A stretch of DNA of 63,460 nt, counting the filler, from Perkinsus chesapeaki ATCC PRA-425 (Eukaryota > Protista > Perkinsozoa): assembly GCA_013115145.1 (NCBI GenBank). It is 9 parts of 9 records of this genome, joined end to end, with 100 filler letters (N's around TTAATTAATTAA, not from the genome) between each part and the next. Parts side by side here need not be neighbours in the genome. Positions count along the whole stretch, not along the records: positions 1 to 22,589 come from JAAPAO010000575.1; positions 22,690 to 36,743 come from JAAPAO010000762.1; 7 more parts are not named here. One strand, written 5' to 3'. How positions within the stretch are numbered: position 1 is the stretch's first letter; the number at the start of each line of letters is the position of its first letter. Below are positions 12,062 through 24,300 of this stretch, piece after piece. The notes under the pieces were generated by a model that was not told the origin of the DNA, did not search any database, and saw only the letters and a list, made by a program, of their open reading frames with translations. Made by a program: the position numbers and the translations under genes.

Positions 12062-13444
12062 ATGCCACGCTCTGACCCCACCGACCTATCTGAGCATCTT
12101 ATCAATCCTAGCCATCAGCCGAAGAGAAGACTGCGAAATATAGTCATCGGCTTTATTGTTATCATTGTCATCTTTGCGGCTCTGTACGGTATTAGATCCC
12201 TTGTTGTGAAGGAGCCGAAGGAGAAGGTGCCCGAGGTTCAGCCTGATACTCTACTGCCAGTTAGCGCTGTATCGAGTCTTGTTGGCAAGCTCTCTAATTA
12301 TGGCAGGCGGCACAACATAGAATACAACGGCTATTTCTCGGACCATTCACCGTATCTCTCCATCTCGTTAGCTAGGTCTGGGGCGGGCAACAACATAACG
12401 GTAGATGACTTTATGAAGTACCAGGAACGCCTCGAGCCAGCTGTGCCTCCGGATGTCAGCATCGTGAACGCTAGTGATGTTGAGAACTACATTAATAACA
12501 AACGTGAACACTACGGTTCTTTCCTGAAGTACTTCGATGAGCAGGTTAAGAGAAGCTCTAGCCTAGGAGACGTTTTCAGGGAACATTTCCCTCGAGTTAG
12601 GAGAGGCTTGGGAGGGGCGGCCTTTCACCCTCTCATTCTTACCGGTGTATCTCTAGAAGCTGGTAATGGTCAGTTACTAGCCGAAGGTCTGGCATATCTC
12701 CACGTGAGGACTCAGAGAGATGCGGACACTGAGGAGGCATCTATGGTCAGTCCGAACAGTTCAGGCACGCCTATCGACGTCCTAGTCAACTTTGTTGAGG
12801 GTATGTCAGGGATGCTGCCACTCCCAAAAGGAACAGCACGCCTCGACTTCTTTACCAAGCCAGATTTACGCAGTGTCCTGTTGCAGGACAAGGTGGAGTG
12901 GCCACAAGACTTTGCTGAGTTACAGCAACTGATTTCCGCGAAGCTCATCCCGCTGGCCGCTGGTGCTCTATACTACTCAGACAACGAATTCTTCGTCCTC
13001 CATGGATGGACTTCGCTTTACGCCTTAGCCAGGCTAGTCCCTCACCTACATGCTACTAATGTGGAGACCGCCAGATCTGCTGTGGATTCCTGGTTCCGCG
13101 CCTACATGGCTGCTTATGCCCAGCGAGGTCTTCCCGGCGCCAGCAATCTCACGGCTTGGATGCAAAAATCGCAGCAAGTAGATGAGATAGAAACTGACTG
13201 GAACGCTTGGACTCGAAGAGGGCAAGAGATCGTCAACGCAGACCCTGGCCAGGTGGGTACCGGCCGCGCACTCACTGGGTGTCCATGTAGATATCCTGGT
13301 TGTCAGGTTCACGTTATTAAAAGTATTTGGATGCTCCATATGCGTTGGAAAGAAGCTGACCCTAACGATATAAAATCCCGAGATATCATGGCTCGGGCTG
13401 CGAAGCATTTAGCTGAGAGGCCAATCCGATTCGCTCAGGTTTGA
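12062..13444 (+). CDS. Questin-oxidase-like (DUF4243) oxidoreductase with an N-terminal TM anchor; probable in-frame intron at 13253-13306
   Basis: Motifs GGAAFHPLILTG (cf. HPLIHLG), LLAEGLAY, FFVLHGWTSLYAL (cf. FF.LH..TS) and QVHVIK (cf. GHV.K). Hydrophobic IVIGFIVIIVIFAALYGI near the N-terminus. Confidence 0.75.
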   Translation: MPRSDPTDLSEHLINPSHQPKRRLRNIVIGFIVIIVIFAALYGIRSLVVKEPKEKVPEVQPDTLLPVSAVSSLVGKLSNYGRRHNIEYNGYFSDHSPYLSISLARSGAGNNITVDDFMKYQERLEPAVPPDVSIVNASDVENYINNKREHYGSFLKYFDEQVKRSSSLGDVFREHFPRVRRGLGGAAFHPLILTGVSLEAGNGQLLAEGLAYLHVRTQRDADTEEASMVSPNSSGTPIDVLVNFVEGMSGMLPLPKGTARLDFFTKPDLRSVLLQDKVEWPQDFAELQQLISAKLIPLAAGALYYSDNEFFVLHGWTSLYALARLVPHLHATNVETARSAVDSWFRAYMAAYAQRGLPGASNLTAWMQKSQQVDEIETDWNAWTRRGQEIVNADPGQVGTGRALTGCPCRYPGCQVHVIKSIWMLHMRWKEADPNDIKSRDIMARAAKHLAERPIRFAQV

Positions 13445-13862
13445 GCTGCTAGTAACCCCGTGCAATTTCAACGATTATTAAAGTCTTTGTCAAGTCAAAG
13501 CGTTGCGAAGCGTTATGTGTCGTGGCTAGCATGTTGTTTTTAACCTTCTAAGGTTTATCATTTGTTGAACTCAACCGCGCGTCTGTCTCATCTCACTGAG
13601 AACTGTAGTTGTGTTCGGATAGTCCTGTTTGTTGTAGCAGATGGTTGCCGTAACTGATCGATAGACGCGTCGTAACCACGAGGGTCGCAGCACCCCGGAT
13701 CCCTCACTGAGTGAGGCTCACTCGCACTTGAAATCGTATAGCATAGGACGTATGCAATGCAGTATGAGACGAGGAACGCTTAGCAAACATGCGTTGGCAT
13801 GCCGTCTAAACTGGCAAGACACAAGATATCGTGAACGATGCAACACTATCGACCAAGGCCAT

Positions 13863-13935
13863 GGGGGACTAGCTCAAATGGTAGAGCGCTCGCTTAGCAT
13901 GCGAGAGGCACCGGGATCGATGCCCGGGTTCTCCA
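13863..13935 (+). tRNA. tRNA-Ala(AGC)
   Basis: 73-nt cloverleaf identical to the 11587 copy except for one base in the anticodon loop (TTAGCAT vs TTAGCAA). Confidence 0.96.
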
Positions 13936-14191
13936 CTTGAATGTTGAGTGCTACCGTAATCCCCACCGACGGTGGGCCACCGTACCTGGGCATTCGCTCT
14001 TGTCAAACTCAACATTAGACTTTAACATGATTCCTGTCATCTACACTGATCATGCTATATCGTGCCTATCTACGGGTTTGTCAATGCTCTGTTGTGCATC
14101 GTATACTGCTCTCATGCGAGTCATAGCTTTACCTATAAAGGATCCGTGAATCATCTGTCAATCTGTACGTTTTATCGACTCCTATACTACG

Positions 14192-15273
14192 CTAAAATAG
14201 TGGCCCACCAACGTACGTTGCTCTTCCTCGACTTTGGACTTGATGTACAGTGCGATGCCCCCGCAAGCCGTGGCGAAAACTCCGACTCCGACACCAAAAG
14301 CGACGAGGCCCTCCACAAGAGCGTGACCGATGTCGAGAGATGCGCAGATCCTGACAAAAAGACACTTACAGCGACTGGGCTCGGCTAAATCGCTAGTTGA
14401 GTGACAGAAACAGCGCCTCTAGGTCATACCCGAGGACCTGATGATGGAGCCCAAGTCTTACCGCCCACTTCGGAGATTAATATCCTGCGAGTCGTAGCCA
14501 CCCGCAAAGGAGCTCTGTTGAAGTGCGGCTGGGTTTAAAAGATTTCTTATTCCATTGTAGTCGGGCTCGTCCTCGTCATATTCGTCATCGTAATCACCAT
14601 CGTCATCGTAATCACCGTCGTCGTCTCCATCATCCTCCCGATCATGCTTGTGGTTATGCGTTTGCGCCGGCGAGTTAGTCCCTGTTAACGCGCGCAACTG
14701 GTGGCAAGTAAGTGCTAGAAGCCAGCACCTGGCTTGTGCTGCTCCGGTGCCGGTTTTCGATCAGAGGCAACCGTCTCATTTGGATGGCTATGCTCGTCCT
14801 TAAACGAGGAATCCTCAAGACCGCTGCTCTTCTCCACTGTGTCGACACCACGTGTGTGTTCGGATGGCGGATGATCCGACAAGTCGCCTGAAGAACATAA
14901 AATACCGCTACTGCAAGCGAGGGATCCTGACAAACCTGTGCGGCTCAAGTCAGTGTCGTGGTCCGCACCCCAGTCATAGTTATCGGCCTTGGTAGGCTCC
15001 AAGTGACCCGGGAATGACGTAACTGAAGAGAAGCATTTAGTGGGGATAGAACAGAGGTCCGATCAGGCTTCATCTACCTCCTATATGGGAGTGTTGAATG
15101 GGACTGTGCAAAGTGAACAGATGGTCCAAGGCGACCATGATAGAGGGCTGGAAAACAACCTACAGATGCGAGAACATACACCTTCCCACTAGTAGGAAGG
15201 TAGAGGAGAGAATGTGAGCCAGCAAGCAGGTGAGAATTAAAGACTTCTGAACTGCTACGAGGACCACACTCAT
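14192..15273 (-). CDS. Hypothetical type I membrane protein with an Asp-rich linker; multi-exon
   Basis: Hydrophobic N-terminus MSVVLVAVQKSLILTCLLAHILSSTFLLVG, acidic DDGDDDGDYDDDGDYDDEYDEDE, and a last exon with TM LVEGLVAFGVGVGVFATACGGIALYI ending at TAG 14194-14192. Confidence 0.5.
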
Positions 15274-15468
15274 AATGCGTCCTCGTGTGTCTAAGCAGCT
15301 TATGAACTATTGAAGGGACTATTGACCCTACTGGTCACGCTCCATCCTTAGCATCATTAACCAACGCAATGAGGAACAAAGATAGTAGTGAAAAACTGAG
15401 AAACTTGGTCAAACTACGACCCCTGCCGTATGCTATTTCAGAAACATCGAGCGCTTTGCGAATGGCAC

Positions 15469-18015
15469 TCACTCGACTTCAGGAGAAGCCTTTGCAATCT
15501 GATGCTGCCTTTGCTCAGGGAGCATTCCCTTGGACCGAAGATCCTCCCTCTGAAGGTCGTGCTTAACCCAGCTCGGCATCGTGGGCAGAATGGATACAAG
15601 TAAGAGCTGCAATGCTAGTATCAAATGCTCCACACCGAACACAGTGGCAACGACAAATCTACCGTACCCAGCGAGAACAGTATCTCCGTGGAAGAATCTG
15701 AGGCAGGAGAGCTGACACCTAGCAGACATAGCGCACCTACTGTGGGAAGACTTCGGGCATTTGGTCACTCGCGAAGGCAAACAGGATACAGTTGGTGAAA
15801 ACTGCCGCCCAACCCATGAACTCGATAATGTCACACCACAGCTTGTGCAGGCTAGGGTCGAGGGGATGAGATGGTCGATACATTGATGCGCAATGGCGAG
15901 TTAAACCCAACTTTAGTTCATCTGAATACCTAAGTATAGGAGTGATACCAAGATACTAATGTCACGGCAGAGGCAGGGATACCTTTCAATAATCATAGCA
16001 ATAAGGCTAACCAAGGCACAGAGAGGCATGGAAGTGGCGCCAAATACAGTGACATAGCCGAATGTTATAACAACCTATTCAATAACAGTAACAAAGGGCA
16101 GAGCACAGAACCGCCAACCTCGAGGTAATCATCAAAGATTTCGTGCTCCTCGAGTTCCTCGGCTTGATGAAGCTGCTCGTCCGCAGAGTTTGCCGCCGGC
16201 ATCTTGGCGCTGCCGAAAGTACGATAAGAGTGGATGAATGGTATCTGAGGTCAGGTAGACACCGAAGCCAAATCCTAGGTGGCGAACATACCAAAGTCTC
16301 CACAGCGAACCTTCTGAAACTGTCGACGTAATACAAAGATACGAGCTCGCCGCGAAGTTTGGATATATCCAACTAAAAAGGGTAGGAAGTTACTTGTCAC
16401 ATAAAAAGCTCAGAGCCACACCTCATAAAGGCCGACATAGAACAGGACTGAATAGCAATCGAGAGCTTCAAAAAGGAAGCGTTTGAATACGAGGGACCTC
16501 TGATATTGGACCATCAAAGGCCAGTTCTCCAACTTGGTCAGCCAGGCGGCGATGTCACGGTATCTGAGCATTGGCATGGCCATAAAGCATAGCACACAAC
16601 TGGATTATTACGTGAGATTCATGAACTGGATGACTATAGTGTGGCATAGAACAGGCAGCATGTTCCATGGTATAGTGCTGTCCGAGTTGGGGTCAAATAT
16701 GTGACCAGGCTCGGCGAAACGGGCAAGTTGGGGTATGTAGAAAGGAGATCTGATGAGATACATCAAACAGACGGTATGGGTAGCTTACACAAAGTCGGTT
16801 TCGAGTCCTTCTGCTAAAGTAGAGTTTGGTCCGTGAATGTAGCCTTGAAGGTTGAGAGAGCACATACCAACGCAGAACGCACAGAGGACCATGAAGGCGG
16901 TGACCAGAGCGGACACAGCAAAACCGAGGACTCTGCGCCAAGTAGGGCAGTACCTAATACAGAGAGCTGTCCTGGGCTGAGTGTGATGTGAGTGTGAGTA
17001 AACTGGCATGCATCTTCTCTTCCTTACCCCTCAGTCGCCCCAGTCACAGGCGAGCGTCTCATAGCGTAAGTCCTGTAGTGAGGGTTCGCCCTTTGAGCCA
17101 TTCGTTGGCCCTTGTTGAAGCAACTGTCTATCGTGTCTGTCGCACGGGTATTCCAGCCACCGTATTTCAACCATGACGGCAGCACTACACCCCATACTAA
17201 GAGGAAGAAGGCATACCTGATAGCAACGGCTCAGAGGGCTCATCAGGCTAATGGCACCAACCAGGGAACATATGGCGAATCGACGACGCTGGCTCCGGTC
17301 TCGCCTACGAGCCACAGACCAAGCCCGAATAGACTTGGGGGAACCAGCCAGTAAATGATTATGTCCATGAAGTCGAAATAGTGTCGCACTGGTAAGAGTG
17401 GAGTCCTAACTTCATGGCCAATAAACGGCTCGGGGAGGCTCTGAACTTCAACCGTATCTAAAAGCTAATTGAGGATGATTTTCGTGGGTATTCCTACCGT
17501 CTAGGTCAGCTCCAGAGACAGAATATATTGCGACCGTGACAGCCGTAGTAGTCTCCAGCCAAGTGAGGTGCACTGGACGGGGTGCGTCTCGTACAGGAAC
17601 CAAGGCAGCGCCTAATGGTAGTCAATGGTCTCCAAAATGTGCCCGGTTCTTACCATCACTCTTCGGTAGTGGCCACATCTCCTTCCCACTCGAGATAGGT
17701 GGCAAATCCTCGCCGGGGACCTTGGACAGGATGTGAGCCTCATCAGCCAGACGGAGCAGCGCCTCCTCAGATTCGGCAGATACGTACACCACCGACTTCC
17801 CCGCCTGCATCGAGATGAGCCGGAAATGGCCGTCATTTAGTCGCTACCTCATTTCTGGTATCGCCAGGTGGTGCCTTTATCCAGGCCTTGAGACCCGTCC
17901 CGTTCGAGTTGAGCTCCCCAGCTATATAGTCTCTATCTTCATCGTACTCACATATGATGGCCACTGCTGCAGCAGCAGCTCCTTTCACTGACCCCTTTAC
18001 CTCTTCTTTTGACAT
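15469..18015 (-). CDS. Anoctamin/TMEM16 family Ca-activated chloride channel or scramblase; many short introns
   Basis: AWLTKLENW..YQRSLVFKRFLFEALDCYSVLFYVG, LRGELVSLY, IFDDYLE + VITFGYVTVFGA, and C-terminal VEHLILALQLLLVSILPTMPSWV. Confidence 0.9.
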
Positions 18016-18234
18016 ACAGGTAACAAACAATCTAATAACTTTATCAGGCCTAAGTCATATAGCCTAATAACTGCAACGGAAGTAACGTCAAGCGTTAAGG
18101 TCGCCAAGCTGAGCATGAATCACGTTGGACATCCAACCATCAATTGCGCCCCAGCAACATCAGCTGTTACGCGATGATGCTTCATGCACCATTTGCAATA
18201 TTGTGTTCGCTGTCCCCCCTATCGTCCGGCTACT

Positions 18235-19149
18235 CTAGCCTGCGTCACAATACTGAGGGTTTGGGTGCAGTAACCAGCAATACGTTATATCATCGGCCGC
18301 GGATGAACATCTTCTTTTTCCTCTTCTCCTTCGACACAATGTGTCCCGTTTTGTGACAAACTCTCGTAAACTCAACACTTGAACATTCCTCCACAACAAC
18401 CAGGAACATTTAGATGAATCAAGCGGTAACATGTTAACCAGTGGGCAATCACAATCACTATACAAATCTATCTGGTAGTAGGGCGGTAACAAACAGCAGC
18501 ACTCTCTCTGCCAGTATCAGACTCCAAGTTGAAACCAAGATAGCTGCAGCAGCGCAGGTTCCACAGGAAGGTCATTAATATCTTACCCCTCTATGGCTGT
18601 CCCTCTCGACTCCTCCAGCCTTTCCCTCATCGATCCGTCTATATTAGCTGCACTCGTCTGAGGGTCCCGGTCAATCGGCCAGTCCTTTAACAACTGTTTC
18701 GAGTCCACAGTAATAGTCGAGCCTGTCCAATCAATTGACTAACTAACTGCGTGCTGCCTTCCTCACATTTATGCCGATGGGTTTGGGCACAAAAATACCG
18801 AGACTCGCACTCTTGACAAACGGTGAAGTCAGGTCCGCACACGTCACATCTGATCCGCCAATGGATGCATATTTCCTATATACTCCGAGGAGGCGTGTTA
18901 TCCTTACCGGTAGCGTGTGGAGCCTATGATGGGAGTCATTTCGCACCAGGCACAGCGGACGCCAACCTAACAGGAGTCATCGGCTTTAGTCCATGGCAGC
19001 CGCGGCGTTTGTCGCAGTACGTGAAGGGGGTTTCCTCGAAGCAGGGCCAGGTGGACCTTTCTGGCATGCTGACGTCGCTTAGACTCTTCACGCATCTCAT
19101 AATGGTGTTGTTGTTGCTCCAATAGACGCACCATAAGATCGTCCCCCAC
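18235..19149 (-). CDS. ZZ-type zinc finger protein; multi-exon, ends approximate
   Basis: Spliced GVRCAWCEMTPIIGSTRYR^CDVCGPDFTVCQECESR (~18800-18965) matches the ZZ pattern CxxC..G.RY.CxxC.D..xCxxC. Confidence 0.7.
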
Positions 19150-19377
19150 CTGATCTGAATCCTCAGCTACTCGCCTACTGTGAGCAGTAAAGCAACCCCC
19201 TCATACGGAACGGTAATCGATAATAAGAGACCTAATTAGACAACATAGGAACGATGCTAATGTGACGACTTCACAACTATACCAGCTTTCGTGGCATCAC
19301 CAATACATGCCAGTGACTAACTACATGAACTACCCCCTTCACGGTTGGTGAAGGCCTTCCTTATGGCCCAAGGAGAC

Positions 19378-20407
19378 CTATCCATCCCTCTGTACTACCA
19401 TTCTATAATACTCTATATCCGTCTTTGGCAGTTGAAAGCGGCATAGTGGACAACAAGAATTATTGGTCAACCATAGTTTAAGACAGTCGAGATGAAATTC
19501 ATGACCGCATCTAAGCCACACAGTAGCACACTCAACCCCAGCCAGAAGAAGCCTTACGGCAGTTCAGTAAAGGGATCTGGATCCTCATCCTCATCTGCAC
19601 ATATCGCACAGTATCGTCTACCATCCAAGCCAAGGTCCTCTCGGAGAACATCAATATCAATGGGGGAAATATCAACCTTAACAACGGTTGCGATGGACCA
19701 GCTCTTATCAGTTGTTACTCTATCCTTCTCTAAGGACTCCATCATAGCAGCACAGACTGCCTTGCCAGTCTGTCCCCCTCCCGTCGTCGATGGCGGGGGC
19801 CCCTAATAGCACCATTCACTCTAGAGGAGCCCTTATAACCCTACAGCCGACGGGTCCTCCATATCGTCTTCCTCTGTTATGTTTGGTGCCACAACAAAGC
19901 GGCCTGGCAAAACTGCGTAACACAAGCAGTTGTCTCCCTTTTCCTACTGCCACTTCCTCTACCTTGACGGCCGCCATGAGAGCCAGGCTGTGCTGTCTGA
20001 CATCTTGTGCCTGTTGATAACATCATTAAGCCTACCATCAAAGGTAACAAGATACTACTCGGGGCCGGCATCACTGTGACGCTTTCAACTGTGAGATGCC
20101 TCCGTCCAAGCCAGCTCTCATCGAAGGCCTACGAGACCGTCTAGTTGAGAACTGTAGCAAGGTCGTGCGTTACATCGTCATCATCATCCTCATCGTTATT
20201 GTTGTAGGGCTCGGCGGTGGCGGCGTAAGGCTCCTCTAATATCGGCGGTATGTCAGTGACGGTAGTGCTATCCTTGCCACCACAAACTCGACAGACTGTT
20301 GTTGTACCTGACAACAACAAGTGATGACCAAACAAGAAGGCACAATGCTCACCTCGATGCCCACAAGAATGACAAAAATAAGACAGCGTTGGTGGACGAG
20401 ATGCCAT
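19378..20407 (-). CDS. RING-H2 E3 ubiquitin ligase, RNF115/RNF126-like architecture
   Basis: N-terminal YFCHSC..CRVC zinc ribbon. Spliced C-terminal CAICADEDEDPDPFTELP^CGHEFHLDCLKLWLTNNSCCPLCRFQLP. Confidence 0.88.
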
Positions 20408-20909
20408 AGAGCAACCAACAATATGCTTTTAGGGCAATGTGCCTAATACTTGAAGTGCTGGATGCGTCCTCTATTAATAAGCCTCGGGTACGAAAGTGTG
20501 GTGTGAAGGGGTCGAGATAACGTAGGCAAGTTCATTACAGGCGAACCATCTATGCTTTTTACTAATGCCACTAAGTGCGATTTACCAAGTAGAGACTGGC
20601 CCCTACTGTGAAAACAGAGTACAAGTATAATGTTACAGTGGAGATTAGCCTTAGTAGTCGACAAAGATATCATACATGCTTCACGCGTGGCAGCTCAGGC
20701 TCCTTGTGTGTCCGAAAGTTGGACCGTCCGCCCAGCGCCCAGTTTCGAGTGTATTTTAGGACGAGCGCTTTTATCAGCCCATTTAAGACTATCAGTCTTT
20801 TTCCACAAAAGATGCCCAAGTGCAAAGATACTCTTTACTCGATAGGAATGCGAAGAAAGCATGCACCGAGGGAATTGCAAGGCTCCTAGATTCTTCCTTT
20901 TTTATCTCA

Positions 20910-22428
20910 ATGGTAAACAAAGCCTCAGTAACGAGGATCCTTCGTAACGTTGTCATTGGCTTGTCACTGACCGCTTATTACAGCCACACTGCCGTTCCTG
21001 TCAAACGTAAGAGTGAATCTCACGGATTGTTGTCAAGCCCAAAGAAAAGCAAAAGTGATGAGACCGACCAGGCGGCCACGATTGTTGTTCCGCCGGAGGT
21101 GAGCCGTCCCGAGTCACACTGATATCTCATGGTTACAATTCCTTATGCTTGCTATTACTGATATCCTATTACAGGGCATACCCTGTCTCAGGAGTCCCCC
21201 GATCACCCCACCGCTCGTGCCAGCAGCAGCAGTACCTCCCATCCAGCCCCGAAGGTGAGGCATCATCAACCCTACTTGTTATTAAGAATATACTGAGATA
21301 CCTCAGATATCGGATGATATGGTTATAGGCCATGTGTTGGGCTATAAAACATGTGCTCAAAGGATTCACGCAACGATCAACACATTTGGCTCAGTTGGTG
21401 CCACACCCGCCGGCTTCCTAGTTGACGAAGGACATGTAAGTGTTGTGATCATGTCAAGAGATTAATTTCGCCGGGTTCACTCGGACATGTTCATTTGGTT
21501 CAGGCTGATATTGTCGTTAATGCTATGAAGGTGAGCTATGGAGATCCGCCTTCCGAGAACTTCGTTCTGGATTACGTATACTCTTACTCACAACCGTAGG
21601 CCTAAGTAAAGCTATGGGCATCACTTTATGACTGTTATACAGGTCTCAATTGGATATGAGCCGGCACCCAAATTGGTGGCGAATCCCAAAATTTGAAATT
21701 TTTCTTGACCTTTCCGATACCACACCCCATCTGCCCGCAGCAAGTGTCGGGAATACGTTCGAAGGGGCATTCTTATCATGGGCCAAAGATGGATACGAGA
21801 CGAGGAACGCAGCACAGGCAAATCCACTCTTCTACTCATTCTTCCCTGCAGATTACACAGTCTCAAAGTATATCATGAAATTTAAGGAGCAAACGGTGGA
21901 CACGAGCACAGCTCCTGCATTCATTTGGCATTTACGCCGTCAAAACGCTAAAGATGGGACCTTCTATCAATGCCGTCCTTTCTTGGCGGAGATATTTGAG
22001 GGCAACGGTATCCGTTTTGGAGCGACCGTCACATTAGCAGGACGAGCCAATTCTAAACTCAAAATCCAGCAAATTGGGGTGACCAGCAAGTAAGGACCGT
22101 GAGGATAAGGTGGAGTCGCCTCTACTGTATACCGGAAATAGGAGGGCTTTCTTCTCGGTAACTCAATCATTTTCTCAGAATTGAGCCTCATGATGGACCA
22201 AATATCCTTCGAAAGATCCAAGCTGAAACTGAGATGGTGGATGGTGGGCACAACCAGGACGCGTGTGATAGACAGTTATACGAATACGGGAAGGCCAGTA
22301 GAAGATATTTGAAGGAATCTAATGATGAAATAGAAACGCTTCAACCGGAGAGCATCAAGAGAACCCACCAGCTTATGCACGCCATGCGGAGCATTACTAA
22401 TGTTATTAGGGTCGTACTTTATGACTGA
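20910..22428 (+). CDS. Hypothetical secreted or type II membrane protein; multi-exon
   Basis: MVNKASVTRILRNVVIGLSLTAYYS at the start, GT-AG-bounded exons, and a long exon ORF 21650-22093. No known domain recognised. Confidence 0.5.
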
Positions 22429-22589
22429 TAAAACGGTGATGTGATAATAAGCATGATGGTGAGGATTTGCTAGATGTTAGATGTTCACCCGACTCAGCTT
22501 CGATTTGTATTATAAGTGTTGTGACCCCATGGAACTAGACATTTGGAAGATAAAGTTGAAACAATTTATTTAGTTATAAGTAATCGTAA

Positions 22590-22689
22590 NNNNNNNNNNN
22601 NNNNNNNNNNNNNNNNNNNNNNNNNNNNNNNNNTTAATTAATTAANNNNNNNNNNNNNNNNNNNNNNNNNNNNNNNNNNNNNNNNNNNN
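22590..22689. other. Artificial scaffold linker
   Basis: 44 N + TTAATTAATTAA (stop codons in all six frames) + 44 N. Confidence 0.98.
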
Positions 22690-23366
22690 ATCGTAGTAAT
22701 AATGATAAGAACGGTAGCAATAGGCAAATAACAATAATCACAGTAGCAATGATAATAATGATCATACTCGCAATTACAGTAGCTAGTAATAGCAGTAGTA
22801 GCAATAGTAGTAGCTGCTACTAAGTAATATTCATACCAGTATTTATTCTATCAATTTTTGTTATAGGTTACAGCGACAACTAGAGCAGTAACAACTACTA
22901 CAGCGACAACTAGAGCAGTAACTAGTACAGCACTTATCCAACCTGCTGATTTATCGCTCTTCAGTTCCTATGCACTTTCACGTTTGTTTCTATATTTTAG
23001 CGAGCGATTTTCTTGAGTCCTAGTATTAGTCAATTAATTGGGATTATACAATCATATTATTATGCAAATACCTCTTATTTTTGTTATTCACCATTTCAAA
23101 CTCAGTTCAATATGTGAATAATGTATTGAATATATTAACTTCCGAATTGTTAATTATTATCCTTCTCAAATCAAACTATTACGCTTCTTAAAGTAGTATC
23201 CTCGCTCTAAATTACCGATTCTTAGTGTCAATACTTATTGCCACACTCGTGTAACCCTCCCCCTCGGGCCACAGCACACTCCACAAAACCTAACCTTCCT
23301 AACACTCAACTCGTGAGTATTGCAAGTACACACGCGAGCGATTATTGATTTTTCTTTAGGACAGAC

Positions 23367-24266
23367 ATGCCACCCCGCAAGAATATCAGACCCAAATGCC
23401 CCGTATGTGCTCGTTTTTTGACAAAGACGGGCTTGTGTACTACGTGTATAGCTCGCGATGTAAGTTCTTCTTGTTTCTCGATTTTGCTATTCTCAATTGT
23501 TTTTTGTAGCTTCGTAATGAAATCTCGCAGCGCGAGCAAGCTCAGGCAGTTAGCGGGGTAAACTTATTTGTTTTCCGCTTCCTAATTCAATTCAATTAGT
23601 AGGTATCGGCGGCACCACAATCACAGACTATTCCATTGCCTGTCAGTCAGTCTAACCCGAACGGCACGCCTGTATTAACTTTCGCAAATATCTCTCGTAA
23701 AGTTCTTCTCCGTTCAGATACCTCCAGTTTCTCCACCTCCTTATCCACCTCCACCATCACCTCAACCAGCAACAGCACCCCCTCCAACACTATCGTCTAC
23801 CCCAGTGTTGTCTCAAGTGCGTAGAAAGCCAGCGAGGTGTCCTAGATGTCATCGATTTATGGGAAACGGGGAGTGCCAACGTTGTTTGAGGCGCAGAGTG
23901 AGCTTCATTCCTTCTGTCTCAATTATTACCTACTCCTTTTAGCCACTCGTACTTTCGCCTTCAGCATCCACGCCATCCGTTGCTGGCCCTGAGGTAAGTC
24001 GAAATCAGTTGTTTACTTATTGCATTGTTATCTCAATTCAGAGCGGTCCATGTACCCAGCACGGACAGTCTTCAGCGCATGCTGAGCCAACTAACTCGCC
24101 TCTGCTGTCCCCTCCTTCACCTTCCTCCTCATCCTCCTCATCCTCCTCCTCATCATCATCAAATAGCTCTAAACGGAGTTCAGTGAGCGGTGAAGGGATG
24201 GACCAGGATACGCAAAATTCCTATAATATTCCGCAAGCGACTAATAGTAGTAGTAGTAGTAGTAGC

Positions 24267-24300
<34 letters not shown>

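Noticed and set aside
245-22589. Many short stop-bounded ORFs suggesting stop-codon reassignment or mass pseudogenisation
   Set aside because: Standard-code translation with 40-55-nt GT-AG introns restores coherent proteins (TPR, RING, anoctamin, channel).
22690-22930. AGT/AAT-rich low-complexity stretch with a duplicated TACAGCGACAACTAGAGCAGTAAC
   Set aside because: Simple sequence at a scaffold edge with only two copies. It cannot be shown to be a Helitron subterminal repeat.
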